This document shows, piece by piece, positions 39,301 to 52,257 of a stretch of DNA of 64,000 nt. The notes beneath the pieces were generated by a model, which saw nothing but the letters and a program-made list of their open reading frames with translations, made no database searches and had not been told where the DNA came from. Where the stretch lies: NCBI GenBank assembly GCA_951406725.2, contig OX597814.1, positions 51,150,001 to 51,214,000 on the forward strand, given 5' to 3'. The number at the start of each line of letters is the position of its first letter. Position 1 is the first letter of the stretch. This DNA is from Octopus vulgaris. Its lineage: Eukaryota. Made by a program: the position numbers and the translations under genes.

Positions 39301-42278
39301 ACGTAGGCGCCCTGAAGATGGAGGTTTTATGAACATTGTTAATGGTTACGAGGCTGACAACGGATGGGTTATTCCATATTGTCCATTTTTGTTGAGCGTT
39401 TTCGATGCACATATCAATGTTGAATTTTGTAGTTCTGTTAGGTGTATCCAATATATATGTAAGTACATAACTAAGGGCTCCGACGCAGCTTCATTTACTC
39501 TATGTGGCGGGGACAGTAGAGATGAAGTGACGCAATATCAAGTTGGGCGCTACATAAGTAGTAGCAAGGCCTCTTGGCAATTCTTTGGCTTCCCTATTCA
39601 TGAAAGGTATCCTGCAATCATACACTTAGCCGTTCACCTCGAAAATGGTCAGAGGATGTATTACACTCGTGAGAATGCTTCCTTATTAGCAGAAACCCCT
39701 CGAGAGACAACGTTAACAGGGTTCTTCAAATTGTGTCAGAAAGATGATTTCGCAAAAACATTGTTTTACAATCAAGTTCCGTCATACTATACATGGGATA
39801 ACAAAGAATGGAGTCGTTGAAAAAATGGCCAACCATTAGATGGTCAATCGGATATCAAGTTCAGTTCTTCTTTGGGCAGAGTGTATATGGTTCCTCCAAA
39901 TCAACATGAATGCTTTTATCTACGCATGCTACTTCATGAGGTAACAGGACCCACTTCATTTGAAGACCTAAAAACTATCGACAATCATGTCTATCCTACA
40001 TTCAGAGAAGCCTGTCTAGCGCGTGGTATGCTAGAAGATGACTCACGATGGGACGCAACTTTGGCGGAGATTGCTTCATCACATTCAGCTGGAACTGCGC
40101 GAGAACTGTTCGCAAAACTTCTTATACATTGCAACATAAGTGATCCGAACACGCTATGGCTGAAGTTTCGCAACCAATTGACAGAAGATTTCTTGCATCA
40201 GGCTCAGCAACAACTTCCTCATTTAGAAGTCGTCTTTACTGATGAAATTTACAATCAGGCACTCATTGACATAGAAAATAGGCTTTTACTTATGGGTAGC
40301 ACTGTTTTACCATCATACGGACTTCCACAAACTCATCGGACTGACTCTGAAGGTATTCCAATGTTCATCATCCAGGAAACTTCTTATGATATCGATGCCC
40401 TATCAAAACAGGTTCTTGAAATGGAACCAAAATTACTTGCAGATCAATTGTCAGCGTACAACACAGTTGTTAACAACGTTTTCAGTCAATGTGGTGGCAT
40501 TTTTTTCCTTGATGCTCCTGGAGGTACTGGCAAAACATTTGTCACTAAATTACTTTTGGCAAAAGTTCGAAAAAATAAACTTATTGCAATAGCTGTAGCT
40601 TCATCAGGTATTGCTGCAACCCTTCTTCCTGGTGGCAGGACAGCACATTCAACATTTAAGCTTCCCCTTAATTTAACCTCCAGTGAAACTCCTACTTGTG
40701 ACATTAAGAAGGACAGTCAGCAGGCAGATTTACTTAGAAGGTGTAGACTCATCATTTGGGATGAATGCACAATGGCCCACAAAGGAGCTATTGAGGCCCT
40801 CGGTAGGACTCTACAAGACGTAAGAGACTGTTCACAAAGTATGGGGGAGCCTAACAGTATTGTTTTCTGGGGACTTTCAACAAACTTTGCCAGTAATTTC
40901 AAAGGGCACAAGAGCGGATCAGGTTCGGGCATGCTTGAAATCTTCTTCATTGTGGTCACAAGTAACAACACTCAGATTAACCACAAACATGCGTGTTCGA
41001 TTACATGGAGACATTGAACATGAAAAGTTCGCTGAGGATCTTCTTTTGGGTGACGGTAGGGTACCAAAAGACCAACACGACCATATTTCAATTCAGCATT
41101 TGTGTTCCCTGGTTGGTAGTATCGATGATCTTAAATCGGCCGTTTTTCCACAATTGCCTGAAAATTTACTCAATCATGCATGGCTTTGTGAAAGAGCTAT
41201 CTTAGCACCTACAAATGTGACCTTCTCTGCAATCAATCGGTAATTGCTTGAAACACTTCCGGGAAATTCTATGGTTTTTAAATCAATTGATTCGAATGTT
41301 GACCCCTATGATACTGTTAAATACCCTACTGAATTTCTTAATTCATTGGATCCTCCTGGTTTTCCTCCACACATGTACCTCAAAGCAGGATGTCCTATCA
41401 TACTTCTCCTAAACTTTGCAATGGTACTCGCCTTGTGAATAGAATGTCAAATTACATCATTCATGCAACAATCATGTCTGGCTGTGGAAAAGGAGAGGAA
41501 GTTGTAATACCAAGGATAACTCTTACGACCTCGGGCGCTGATATACCGTACTCTTTCAGAAGGACGCAATTTCCACTCCGTTTAGCTTTTGCAGTGTCAA
41601 TTAATAAGTCTCAGGGTCAGACGTTAAACGTTGCAGGACTGCATTTTGGAGATCATTGTTTTTCCCATGGTCAACTATACGTTGGATGATCCCGAGTCGG
41701 CAGTAAAAACAAACTCTTCGCATTTGCTCCAAACAGGACAACAAAAAACATTGTGTATGCAGAGGTTTTGTAGATGATGTGGTTTCAAGTTCAAATCAAA
41801 TGCAACTTTTCAAATCAGACAATTCAATCAATTGGATTCTGCGCCTTCACAAGATGCAATACAATTCTTCATTACAACGTCGGTCATATAATTATTGGTT
41901 TAATTATTCATTTGGATGTTTTGTTCTACAAAACTAAATATAAAAATGGGCTGTCAATATCTTCTTTTTTCTGTGAAAAATTTCACCCTTATGATAATTT
42001 AGCTATGTTCCCAAATATATCTGTCAAACATTTACATCTTTTTGTCTTCTTTTGACACTGTACTTTGTTATGTGTTTTGAGCCTTATTCGAATAGCAGAT
42101 TTTATAAGTTCTGCTGTTTTCTTCAAATTTATAAAAAATGCGTTGTTGCGGACAATATCTTTGTTTTGATTTTTCCAAAAGTATGGATAAAATGGAATGC
42201 AATTTCGTCAAAATTAACGCTTAAACAAGTTATTCATCAAATTTCTATCCACCCGAGCAAAGCCTGGTCAATCTGCTA
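36375..42278 (+). mobile_element. Full-length Helitron (Rep/Pif1 helicase), inactivated
   Basis: A|TC 5' end; RepHel reading frame; 3' CCCGAGCAAAGCCTGG hairpin-like motif followed by CTGCTA. Confidence 0.93.
37026..41773 (+). pseudogene. Helitron RepHel transposase with stops/frameshifts
   Basis: MPKRKR start; Zn finger CRFC..CCSNGKV; HUH motifs FITFTCNPKW, EWQKRGLPHAHIL, YICKYITK; Pif1 motifs DAPGGTGKT, IIWDE, GDFQQTLPV, INKSQGQTL; KNIVYAEVL* end. Stops at ~37457, 37871, 39818, 41241 and 41687, plus frameshifts. Confidence 0.92.
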
Positions 42279-42684
42279 TCTATCTATATATATAAAAGTG
42301 AAGTTGTGTGGTGTCTGTCTCCTACGATTTAGATTCCTAACTACTCCCACATTTTGTGGTGCAGTTAAACCAAAAGCGGGTATCTTATAGTCGTGATTCA
42401 TATCGAGCCCTTCTGGGTATTAGCGCGCGTCTACGATGAGTCTACGATTTAAAAAAAATTTACCATCTTTTTTTCCCATTTTTAATCTATTTTTTTTTCT
42501 ATTATATAAGGGAAGTAACACTCTAAAAATGTCTACGATGAGTACGATTTAAAAAAAAATTTACCATAATTTTATTCCATTTTTAATGCATTTTTTTGCT
42601 ATTATATAAGGGAAGTAACTCTCTAAAAATGCTTATATAGTTATTTCCCTTACAAACCCGAGCAACGCCGGGCGATACTGCTAG
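42279..42684 (+). mobile_element. Non-autonomous Helitron joined head-to-tail to the large element
   Basis: Repeats the first ~260 bp of the 36375 element, has a ~100-bp internal duplication, and ends CCCGAGCAACGCCGGG..CTGCTAG|T. Confidence 0.88.
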
Positions 42685-42869
42685 TTTGATATAATTGTTT
42701 GGCCTTTAAGCCAGCATTTAATGAATCCAATTTACTGTAACTTTCTCTACATGCTAAATAAATGGCTGCCAGCCACAATTAATATATTACAAATGAAAAT
42801 TTCATTCTAGCCTGGTCATATTTTACCACTTTTTAACTTTTTTTTCTTTTTTTAATTTTATCATTGTAG

Positions 42870-42982
42870 CAAGGTGGTGCTCAGCATAGAACTTTGCTAT
42901 CTAAACTCTGGTTGATATTATTTCTTCTTGGTAATATTTTGTCTATATATATTGTATTTGCTGATCAGAAACTCTACCGGAC
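42870..42982 (+). CDS. RNFT2: RNFT-like coding exon 3 (transmembrane segment)
   Basis: Polypyrimidine tract plus TAG; QGGAQHRTLLSKLWLILFLLGNILSIYIVFADQKLYR matches the RNFT W...FL.GN...Y..F..Q.LY pattern; donor AC|GTGAGT. Confidence 0.88.
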
Positions 42983-43136
42983 GTGAGTAAATTCTCTTTC
43001 TCTCAATTTTTATTTCTTAAAAATGTATGTAAGTGTTTTTAGTTAGAACCTAGTGATTAGTGATAATGAATTTGTTTTGGAAATGATAGTACTGAGATTG
43101 TGTTGACTAGCCTCAGACAGCAACATGGTATAACAT

Positions 43137-43236
43137 NNNNNNNNNNNNNNNNNNNNNNNNNNNNNNNNNNNNNNNNNNNNNNNNNNNNNNNNNNNNNNNN
43201 NNNNNNNNNNNNNNNNNNNNNNNNNNNNNNNNNNNN
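43137..43236. other. Assembly gap (100 N, probably unsized)
   Basis: Exactly 100 N. Confidence 0.99.
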
Positions 43237-43836
43237 AGACCCAGGAAGACGACCTTCAAACATTGGGCTTCACGGAGGTGAGGACAAGTGACTGAGACCT
43301 TTGGAGATATGATGTGCATGAGAAAACCTGGCAAGCTAAGTGAGACCATAACCATGGCCTATGCCAGTGCAGCATAACCGGCCAATTTAAGAGTACCCTT
43401 CAATCATTGGGCAATAAACTGTGCTTGCAAAGACCTGTTGAGTCAAGTGAAGTCACTGTCGTGGCTGATGCCAGTACCACCTGATTGGCATGTAAAAAGC
43501 ACCATTTGAGCATGGTCGATGCCAGTGCCACCTGACTGGTACCGTGCTGGTGGGATGTAAAAAGCACCATTCAAGCATGGTTGTTGCCAGTGCTACCTGA
43601 CTGGCTCCCATGCTGGTGGCTTGTAAAAAGCACCATTCAAGTGTGGTCAATGCCAGTACTGCCTGACTGGCTCTCATGCTGGTGGCACATAAAAAGCATC
43701 CACTACATTCTCGGAATGATTGGCGTTAGGAAGGGCATCCAGCTGTAGAAACTTTACCAGATCAGACTGCCAGCCCTCAGTCAAAACATCCAACCCATGC
43801 TGGCATGGAAAGCAGACATTAAACAACGCTGATGAT
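43237..43836 (+). mobile_element. RTE 3' fragment with ~65-bp tandem units
   Basis: AGACCCAGGAAGAC start, about 4 units containing TAAAAAGCACCATT, GGAAGGGCATCCAGCTGTAGAAAC end. Confidence 0.7.
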
Positions 43837-44507
43837 CTATTAATTAAATATCAATATCCATAATATTTCTTAATTTAATATTTTATTTTAATATCAGGTT
43901 ATTTCTGTGGTAGGACAGTCTACAAAACAGAACCTTTCTATGCATCCTGATCTTGTGAAATATTAAGAACATGAGTTAATATTTTCAAGTCCAAATTAGC
44001 TACATTTTCTTCGTGCTTTTCTTAGTCAATTTCTTTCATTCCATAACCAATTGTAACATCCTTTTACTCAGCATGCAATATTTATTGATATTTATAATCA
44101 ATCATATTCACTGTCCAGTGATTTTTATATTCAATGGCCACATCAACTCATTAACATTAAATTTCTCCCATAAATTAACATAATGCATATGGAACACATT
44201 ATTTCTTTCTGCTTCAGATTCTCTACATTTACATGTTTTCCAGCTGTACAGTAGAACACTTCTTACAGATCTCTCATATAATCTGTCTTTCACTTTTCAA
44301 TATTGAACTGTCAATGCAGGAGCCTCTTCTCGTCACCCCACCCAACCGCTACCTTATCTGACACCAACCTTAACTAGCTAGCCTTAATTCAGTATGTTAA
44401 TCACAGTCAATCATAAACATATGCCTGACCAGAGAACCAAAAGTTAAATCTTGTATTTCATTAGTTTATCCTTTGATTCTCTTTTCCATAAAAAATAAGA
44501 ACATTAC

Positions 44508-44722
44508 CAAGAGCCATCATATTTTCTCTTCATTTTCCTTGCAGTGAAACAGAAGCAGTCTTCTCTATCGTAGATTTCTGAATCAAACACTGAAGACGAG
44601 AAATGCAATTTGTAGACAGATGTCCCACAACTTGCATAAATTGAATCACCATGTTGTTGAATACAGAGCACAGGTTCATTCAATCCAAAAGAATGAAGAT
44701 ATACTGGAGAATTGTTACCTTC
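44508..44722 (-). CDS. LRRK2: LRRK2-like kinase, WD40-region exon (last visible)
   Basis: CAG/GTAATG boundaries; EGNNSPVYLHSFGLNEPVLCIQQHGDSIYASCGTSVYKL.. resembles the LRRK2 P.MCL..WGGCGT WD40 segment; phase 0 to 2. Confidence 0.75.
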
Positions 44723-45053
44723 CTGGAAAGATTTAAAATTGTAAAACATAAATGAGCAAAGAAAACTACAATACCAGTCATTGAAAAACATGAAATCAAG
44801 TCTTACTCAACTGCTACATTGTGCTATTAACATATTCTGATTTAACAACTAATAGTGAAAATTATCGCTTCAAATTTGAGATGTTTAATCTTAAGAAATG
44901 TATAAAATATCTAAAATTCTAAATTTCCTGAACAATTCAATTAAAGAGATTACATAAAAGCATTTTAAAAAGTTATATAAAAGGTTTTGAGCTCTAATAT
45001 TTTACATCCTTGAAAAAGTTGCTTTTTGGAATCCAAAATCCAAATACACTTAC

Positions 45054-45132
45054 CTCAATCAGAGAATCTAGCTTAAAAACAGCAACATAGCCATTTGCAG
45101 TTCCAGCCAAGATAAATTCAGTATAGTCAAAC
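45054..45132 (-). CDS. LRRK2: LRRK2-like WD40 exon
   Basis: TAG/GTAAGT; (R)FDYTEFILAGTANGYVAVFKLDSLIE; phase 2 to 0 fits neighbours. Confidence 0.85.
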
Positions 45133-45788
45133 CTAAGAAAGAAAAAAAATAAGAGGCACAATTGAATAACAGAGATATGAATTTTAATGTAACTTTATTT
45201 CTTCCAATATAAATTTTAACAGTCATGGCTGTGTGATTAAGAAGTTTACTTTGCAATTATGTAGTTTCAGATTGAGTCCTAGTGCAATGATGCCTAGAAC
45301 AAGTGGGACTAAACCCAAAATCATGTGGTTAGGAAGCAAACTTCTTTACCACATAACCATGGCTGCACCTCTTACTTTATTTTTTTTTCTATATTAATAT
45401 GCATTATTGGCTGTCAGATATATTTTATCATTACAAAATAATAGTGAAGAAAAATGTCGATATAATAATATGTTTTTATGGCTCCAATATCCTATTATGA
45501 TGAAATTTTTTATTGTTAATTTTCACTAGAAATTAAAATGGAGCAAAGAAAGTCCTTTTACAAAAGAATATAACGATAATCTAATGTGCAAGGGAACCTT
45601 TAGGTAGTTACTTGGTCCTCTAGAAAAATCAATCAAATCTCTCTCTAATAATCTTAAAAGCCAATAATGTAGTTCTAGATAAAGATAAACAAAAAATACA
45701 GGTTGGTTATGGTTGAAATTCTCCTGACATGGGACATGGTGAATTAGAGCTAAAAAACAACAGCATAGTGATATATAATTTGTCTCAC

Positions 45789-45958
45789 CGTGTGTAGCTG
45801 CAGATACAGAGAACTGAGTCAAGTAATTGCACACTGCTATGTAAGAGAATTTTCTTCTCTGCATCAAATACTGCTATACTTCCATTGATACAGCCCAACA
45901 ATATCACATGTTTAGCTGTATGCAGACAGAGAGGTGTCTGTATGTTAACAATAAAACC
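45789..45958 (-). CDS. LRRK2: LRRK2-like WD40 exon
   Basis: TAG/GTGAGA; GFIVNIQTPLCLHTAKHVILLGCINGSIAVFDAEKKILLHSSVQLLDSVLCICSYT(R). Confidence 0.85.
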
Positions 45959-46270
45959 CTAAAGAGAAAAAGGAAAAAAAAAAGTAACCATTAAAGAAAT
46001 CGTTCACGAGTAAATCATATTTAAAAATACAAACAAACATTGTTAGTCATTAAAATAGGGGATAGTACCCTGACCTGTGTAGAATCTCCCAAATGAGTGA
46101 AATCAAGTTATCTGCAGGTTAATGTCTGGAGGGAGGGAAAGGATACAGAAGCTTGATCCAAATACAACAGTGTGAGTTCCATTAAAGGTAATGAAGGCTC
46201 AGATTTTGGTGTTAATAAAACAGTATGTTAGGTCTACCATGTAAATGAAATGAAAACAAGTCACTATTGA

Positions 46271-46441
46271 CATATATACGACGGGCTTCTTTCAGTTTCC
46301 GTCTACCAAATCCACTCACAAGGCTTTGGTCAGCCCGAGGCTATAGTAGAAGACACTTGCCCAAGGTGCCACGCAGTGGGACTAAACCCGGAACCATGTG
46401 GTTCGTAAGCAAGCTACTTACCACACAGCCACTCCTACGCC
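46271..46441 (-). mobile_element. 5' half of CORE-like SINE
   Basis: Reverse complement of the head of the 9797 element. Confidence 0.8.
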
Positions 46442-47450
46442 TATTTACATTAATTTATTTTAATTTTGTTTGATATATTTATGCAAGACAAACATGTGGC
46501 ACTGTTAAGATATATTTTTTTAAGTTCATTTCAAGTGTCTGAGACAAACATTTTTTTTTTACCTTATTTGGTTTGTTTCATATATTCGACATTTCAAATG
46601 CCAAAGAAAAGTAGCCATGTCAAAGACTCAATGACAAGATATCTTTCTATTTATGTTCATGTGAAAAGAACCAAATGAAAAATTGACAATCTATGTGAAG
46701 TAATACTGAAATAGAACTAAACTTCATCTTCTTGTAGTATGTTGAAGCCAAATTAGTTTGATAAAGCCTAACCTTTTTTAGGCTGTTGGATATGGCTGAA
46801 AATCACGGCTTTGAAGTGAGTTAAATGGAAATGAAGCTCACATCAGTTCACCACTAATGTATAGAATTACTACATGTAATCAAGCCTTCCTGATATCAAC
46901 TTCTTAATTAAGAATGAGGTTAAGATTCATATGGAAGAAATATATAGAATGTGTTTATCCTTTAGCAAGAGGTACAACAAAACAAATAAGTTTCAAATTG
47001 TGATTGAAACTATCTCAAAGACTATATATTTGCTAGAAAGTTACTTCTTATTCAACTATAGTCCATTCTTGGTGTCATTTGATTCAACACAGAAGAGCAA
47101 TACTTTATTGAGGGAGTATTGTAATTGAGTTAGCTCAGTGCATGGCTGATACTTATTTCATCAACTTTAGAATAAAAGGCAAAGAAACAAAGTTAATATT
47201 TGTACTTGGAAAATAAAAAAAAAAAATAAATATTGTAAAAATTTTAGTCTGGTGCTCTACTGTTTCTGCCACCTGAAATAATTTTAAGTTGAGCAAAAAG
47301 TTTTTTTTTTATGTAAATTGGTTGCATAACCATGTGGTTAAGAGGATCATATCAAACCATTTGGTTTTGAGCTTCATGCTATGGTGTAGCATCTTGGCCC
47401 TTCTATATCTGCCAGTGAAATTTGGTAGATGGAATTGGACACAAGCTAAT

Positions 47451-47482
<32 letters not shown>

Positions 47483-47531
47483 CGTGCACATGTGCTCATG
47501 TGTGTATTTATGCACGAATATCTATATAAAT

Positions 47532-48836
47532 ACAGGGTGTGGTGGGTAAATTTTCGGCATTTTATATTTTTAATTTCATGCATGCGTGTTTTTTGATTTT
47601 GATGACTACACAGTATTGTAGGGTCAGTTGGGCACCGTCTGTGAGAAAAATAGCATCATGATACAATTCAGTCTGCCAGAAATTTGGAAATGACATATTG
47701 TACTGCTTGGCATTCATGCCGAAAGCTCCAATATGAACATTTCAGAGTGTTTGGGTGTCAATCTGAGGATATTACAGAGGATTCAGAAAGAGTTGGATGA
47801 GTCTAATGGTGATTATGAAGGTAATGATAATTTTGAAGGTATGGCAACTCAGAAAACTCACTCTGATCATTCTGATAAGAACTCCTGAATTTGTTGGTGA
47901 GATCCAGGCCATGGTTGACAATGATCCCTCCAAGTCAACCAGGTCCACCGCCAAGGACATGGGAGTGTCTGGGTTTCTTATCAGACAGGTAGTGCATGAA
48001 GACATTTGGTATTCCTCATACAAGATGAAAAAGGGCTCATTTTTATCCCAAGCCATCAAGAGCAAGAGGAAAGACTGCACTATGAAGCTAAGCTTTTGAA
48101 CAAACTCAAGTAGCCCCTCCAACAGAACATGCTTTGGGTTTTCTCAGATGACAAAAATTCCTGGCAGGATCAGATGGTGAATACACAGAACAGCCGTTGG
48201 CTTGTCATGTCCCCAAAACATGTACTGAGAGTGATAAAAATCAAACATCCAGTCAATATCATGGTGTTTGGAATGATCACTACTGACCACTAGTAATGGT
48301 GATGTTATGTCTCCATTCATCTTCCCACGTGGAATCAGACTCAACATGGAGGCCTACATCATGTGCATGGAGGAGATAGTGCTCTGGATGAAGAGGGTGG
48401 CAGCTGGAAGACCCTATGTCTGGCAACAGGACTCTGCACCATGCCACACAAGCAGGAGAATCCAGTCATGACTGTCAGACAATTTTTGTGATCACATCAC
48501 CCCTAACATCTGGCCACCTAAGTCCCTAGACTGCTTGATTATCATGTCTGTGGTGCAGCTGAGTGAGAGACCAACAAAACACCTTGTAACACCAAAGATG
48601 AACTGAAGGCAAGGATTATGGCAGTATTCACCAACTTACAAGGAGACCGTCCAGAAGAGTTGCAGGAGATTCCAAAATTGTGTGAAGGGCGTGATTGAAG
48701 CCAATGACAATTTTATTGGATAAATTTGCTCTTTAGTATTTCAAGATATTTTAATGTAATTTTGCTAAATATATCTGTTAAAATGAGATGTCAGTGATAT
48801 TTTCATTTCTGTGTAATTTAAACAACAATTTATTGT
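47532..48836 (+). mobile_element. Tc1/mariner relic, maT/DD37D-like
   Basis: TA|CAGGGTG start; frame-broken WVFSDDK..NTQNSRW, KHPVNIMVFG, VWQQDSAPCHTSR and WPPKSLDC motifs. Confidence 0.8.
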
Positions 48837-49409
48837 ATATATATATAAGCATGTATGTATATGTGTGTGTGTGCTTTTGTTTATGCTTACCAGTGTAAAA
48901 CTGATGTTATGTCAAAAAGCATATATTAACAACATGGCCACAATCCAATTGCTGAAACTAGTAATGGAATAAAAATATTATAAACTAAGGAGGCGACTTA
49001 AAATTGAAATCTTTATTTATACATTTAATGTAATCTTCATACACAGTGCATTTGCACATCTGTATGAATGCTTATATATTTGCATGAAAAAGCTCTGAAC
49101 TACAAACAGTGATGATTGCTGACATTCCTGTCGATAAAATCGTCCACTTTCAAAAATGAGTGGAACGAAAACTCCTCACTTGAAAAACAAGTAAGGATTA
49201 ACAGCAGGAATGGCATCTGGCAGTAAAACAATATCTTAGTAATATGTATTTGTTTAACCTATGCTAACAAACAAAAAAAAAAAACAAACAAAAAATTGGA
49301 ATTAGAATGGATGAAGAAATGAACAGAAGAGAAAATGATAATTCTGAAAAAGTAAAAAATAGAAATTTTAATTTGAAATGAAAGGATTTTAGGTGTGAAG
49401 GAAACAAAC

Positions 49410-49511
49410 CTGGAGGTTCACTGCTGTATTGCTAAGTTCAATCCAAGAGAGCTCCATTCTTGTTTCTGAATCACAGGTCAGCCACAGCTCATTTTCCTCT
49501 GTGTTATTTTT
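49410..49511 (-). CDS. LRRK2: LRRK2-like exon (start of WD40)
   Basis: CAG/GTTTGT; KNNTEENELWLTCDSETRMELSWIELSNTAVNLQ; 102 nt, phase 0. Confidence 0.8.
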
Positions 49512-49986
49512 CTGAATATAGAAAAAAAGTGATGATATTATATCAAAACTTACATTACTTAATCAAAAAAAGAAATTTAGAGCAATGAAAAGGAACAATT
49601 AGAAATAAAATAGTTGGAGATAGTCAAACTAAATAATTTACAGTAATTAGTTGAATCCCTTTTGACTCTGATTTCGAATCCCTATGAATTTAACTTTACT
49701 TTTTATCCATCCTGAGTTGGTATAAAAATACCAGTAACACACTGCATGGATTGAATTAAATTTACTGGCTTGTCTATGGATACAATGCATTGCTAATATC
49801 AGTATGAAAAATTAGCTTCCTCTTGAATGGTTGACCTTGGCAGGTACAAAAAAGAACATCCACCTTACAACTTTTATTTTGTACTTCACCTATGCCATGC
49901 CTGTGTCTGCACCTATGCCACGCCTGTGCCTATTATATCAAATATACTAATTACTTTTGAACAAAGTATTACCATGAAAAACTTAC

Positions 49987-50088
49987 TTGAAAAGTCATGC
50001 AAGCTGGTGGAAAGGACTTTGAAACAGCTTTTACATCTTTCAAACACAACATTTCTGGGTTTCTCAAGCATGTGCATAACTCTTTAGA
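49987..50088 (-). CDS. LRRK2: LRRK2-like exon (kinase end/linker)
   Basis: CAG/GTAAGT; SKELCTCLRNPEMLCLKDVKAVSKSFPPACMTFQ; 102 nt. Confidence 0.85.
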
Positions 50089-50937
50089 CTGAAATATGTT
50101 TATAGAATATGAAAAGGTTTGAAATATCATAATCAAACACAAATTAAAATTTAAGTTGAATGAAGGAAATGCTTCATGCAAAATAATTTACAGAATACAT
50201 AAATCAGGATTATTAACAAATGTCTTTAATTACATATAACATCTAATGTATAATATTTACCATCTATGTAGGTAAGTTAAAGAGTCTGGGTAAAAATTAC
50301 ACATATGTTTATATTTAATGTATAGTTTGCACTGTAAACACTGTAAATAAACTTCAAACAACAAAGATTTCTGATCTAGGAAAGAAACCTGAACTTGAGT
50401 CTCTAAGAACAAGAGAAATGACAATCATTTCTTTAAAAGGCTGCAGGTGGTATGGTATTAGTGAAGTGGAATGGTCTCAACTGAGAACTGGAAACAAGCC
50501 AAGGACTTGGTTTATTGAGAGTTTACAGCCACAGTATATGACTGGTAACCATCATTGGTCCTTCTCATCATTGCTCTCACCACCACCACCACCACCACCA
50601 CTATCACTACCACTTCCACAACCATTAACCTTCTCTCAGTTTTATATCTGCAGTTTTCCATACATTTCAATGTTGCCTCATATCTTTTGTGAGGTCTAAT
50701 ATTCTCATTATTGACCTAATTATTTCTGATTCAGATCTTCTGTATTCTGTCATAGTTTCTGATGTATGTCATAGAATCAAAGAATTTCTGGGAAAAGTTA
50801 ATAGAAAGTTATCAATGTCAAAGCCTACCTCAGAGATAAATTTCAAGTAGAGCAGAACATTAACTATACTGGATTCTGTTTGCCAAGAACATACAACAGT
50901 ACCACAGTTACACTAACAATCATTTTAACCATTTAGC

Positions 50938-51822
50938 ATCATCATCATCATCATTGTTTAATGTTCGCTTTCCATGCTGGCATGGGTTGGATGGTTTGAC
51001 TGATGACTGGCAAATCAGAAGGCTGCATCAGGCTCCAATCTGATCTGGCAAGGTTTCTACAGCTGGATGCCCTTCCTAACACCAACCACTCCAAGAGTGT
51101 AGTGGGTGCTTTTTACATGCCACTGGCATGAGGGCCAGTCAGGTGGCACTGGCATCGACCACACTCAAATGGTGCTTTTTACATGCCACCAGCACAGGTG
51201 CTAGTCAGGCAGTACTGGCATTGGCCACAACAATGATTTCACTTGATTCAACAAGTCTTCTCAAGTACAGTTTATTGTCCACTGATTGAAGGGTACTCTT
51301 AAATGGGCCAGATATGCTACACTAGCATAGGTCATGGTTACAGTCTCACTTGGCTTGCTGGATCTTCTCAAGCACAGTATATCTCCAAATGTCTTGGTCG
51401 CTTGTCATTGCCTCCAAGAGGCCCATCATTTGAGAGTCGTGCTTTACCACCTCATTCCAGGTCTTCCTGAGTCTACCTCTTCCATAGGTTCCCTCCACTG
51501 TTAGAGTATGACACTTTTTCACAAAGCTATCCTCATTCATACACAATACATGACCATACCAGTGCAGTCGTCTCTCTTGCACACCACATCTGATGCTTCT
51601 TATCTCCATCTTTTCTCTCACGGCTCTTACACTTTGTCATGCATGCACACTGACATTACACACCTTGCAAGCTTTCGCATGTCCTCAGCAGTCACAGCCC
51701 ATGCTTCACTGCTGTGTAGCATGGCTGTTCACACACATGCGTCATACAGTCTACCTTTCACTTTGAGCAAGAGGCCTTTTGTTACCAGCAGAGGTAGGAG
51801 CTCTCTGAACTTTGCCCAGGCA
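50938..51822 (-). mobile_element. RTE LINE 3' fragment
   Basis: RRLHWYGHVLCMNEDSFVKKC..VEGTYGRGRLRKTW plus the shared 3'UTR and (TGA)n tail. Confidence 0.85.
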
Positions 51823-52152
51823 TTCACATTATTCTATCAAAAGAAATGCTTTTTTATTCACATTGCTTTAAATTAATTATGCACTATTTTGTAGCTTTGA
51901 GATTTTGATGAGATAATTGTTAATTTTTAGAATGATATTGTAGGGTTGGTGTGAGAGGTCAGATCTGGTTAGTTTGAACATAAAACAGCTGGAATATTTT
52001 GGCTGGATACAGCCACTTTAAATGCTAAAGGGTTAAATGGTGAAAACATATCCATTAGCAATAAAAGTGCTTGAATATCTTCTTTAGCAACATGATACAT
52101 TAAAAAAAATTATTAAATATTTATAAGGAAAAAAATTGCTTTCAACACTTAC

Positions 52153-52257
52153 AGTTGGTCTGTTACTTGGAACATACATGAGACATTGACTCAAAAGATC
52201 AAGCATATCAGGCCAGCTTCCAAATTTATTGCATAATGACAGTGATATGCGCTCACC
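52153..52257 (-). CDS. LRRK2: LRRK2-like kinase exon (subdomains X-XI)
   Basis: CAG/GTAAGT; GERISLSLCNKFGSWPDMLDLLSQCLMYVPSNRPT. Confidence 0.9.

Noticed and set aside
36375-42684. LTR retrotransposon suggested by long direct repeats
   Set aside because: The interior encodes Rep/Pif1 and the ends are TC..CTAG without TSD, i.e. Helitron.
43470-43700. CRISPR-like repeat-spacer array
   Set aside because: Eukaryotic context, the spacers are homologous to each other and there are no cas genes; it is an RTE 3'UTR tandem repeat.
43898-43913. CAG|GTTATTTCTGTGGTAG as the next RNFT exon
   Set aside because: Gives an almost immediate stop (TLFLW*) and no RNFT similarity.
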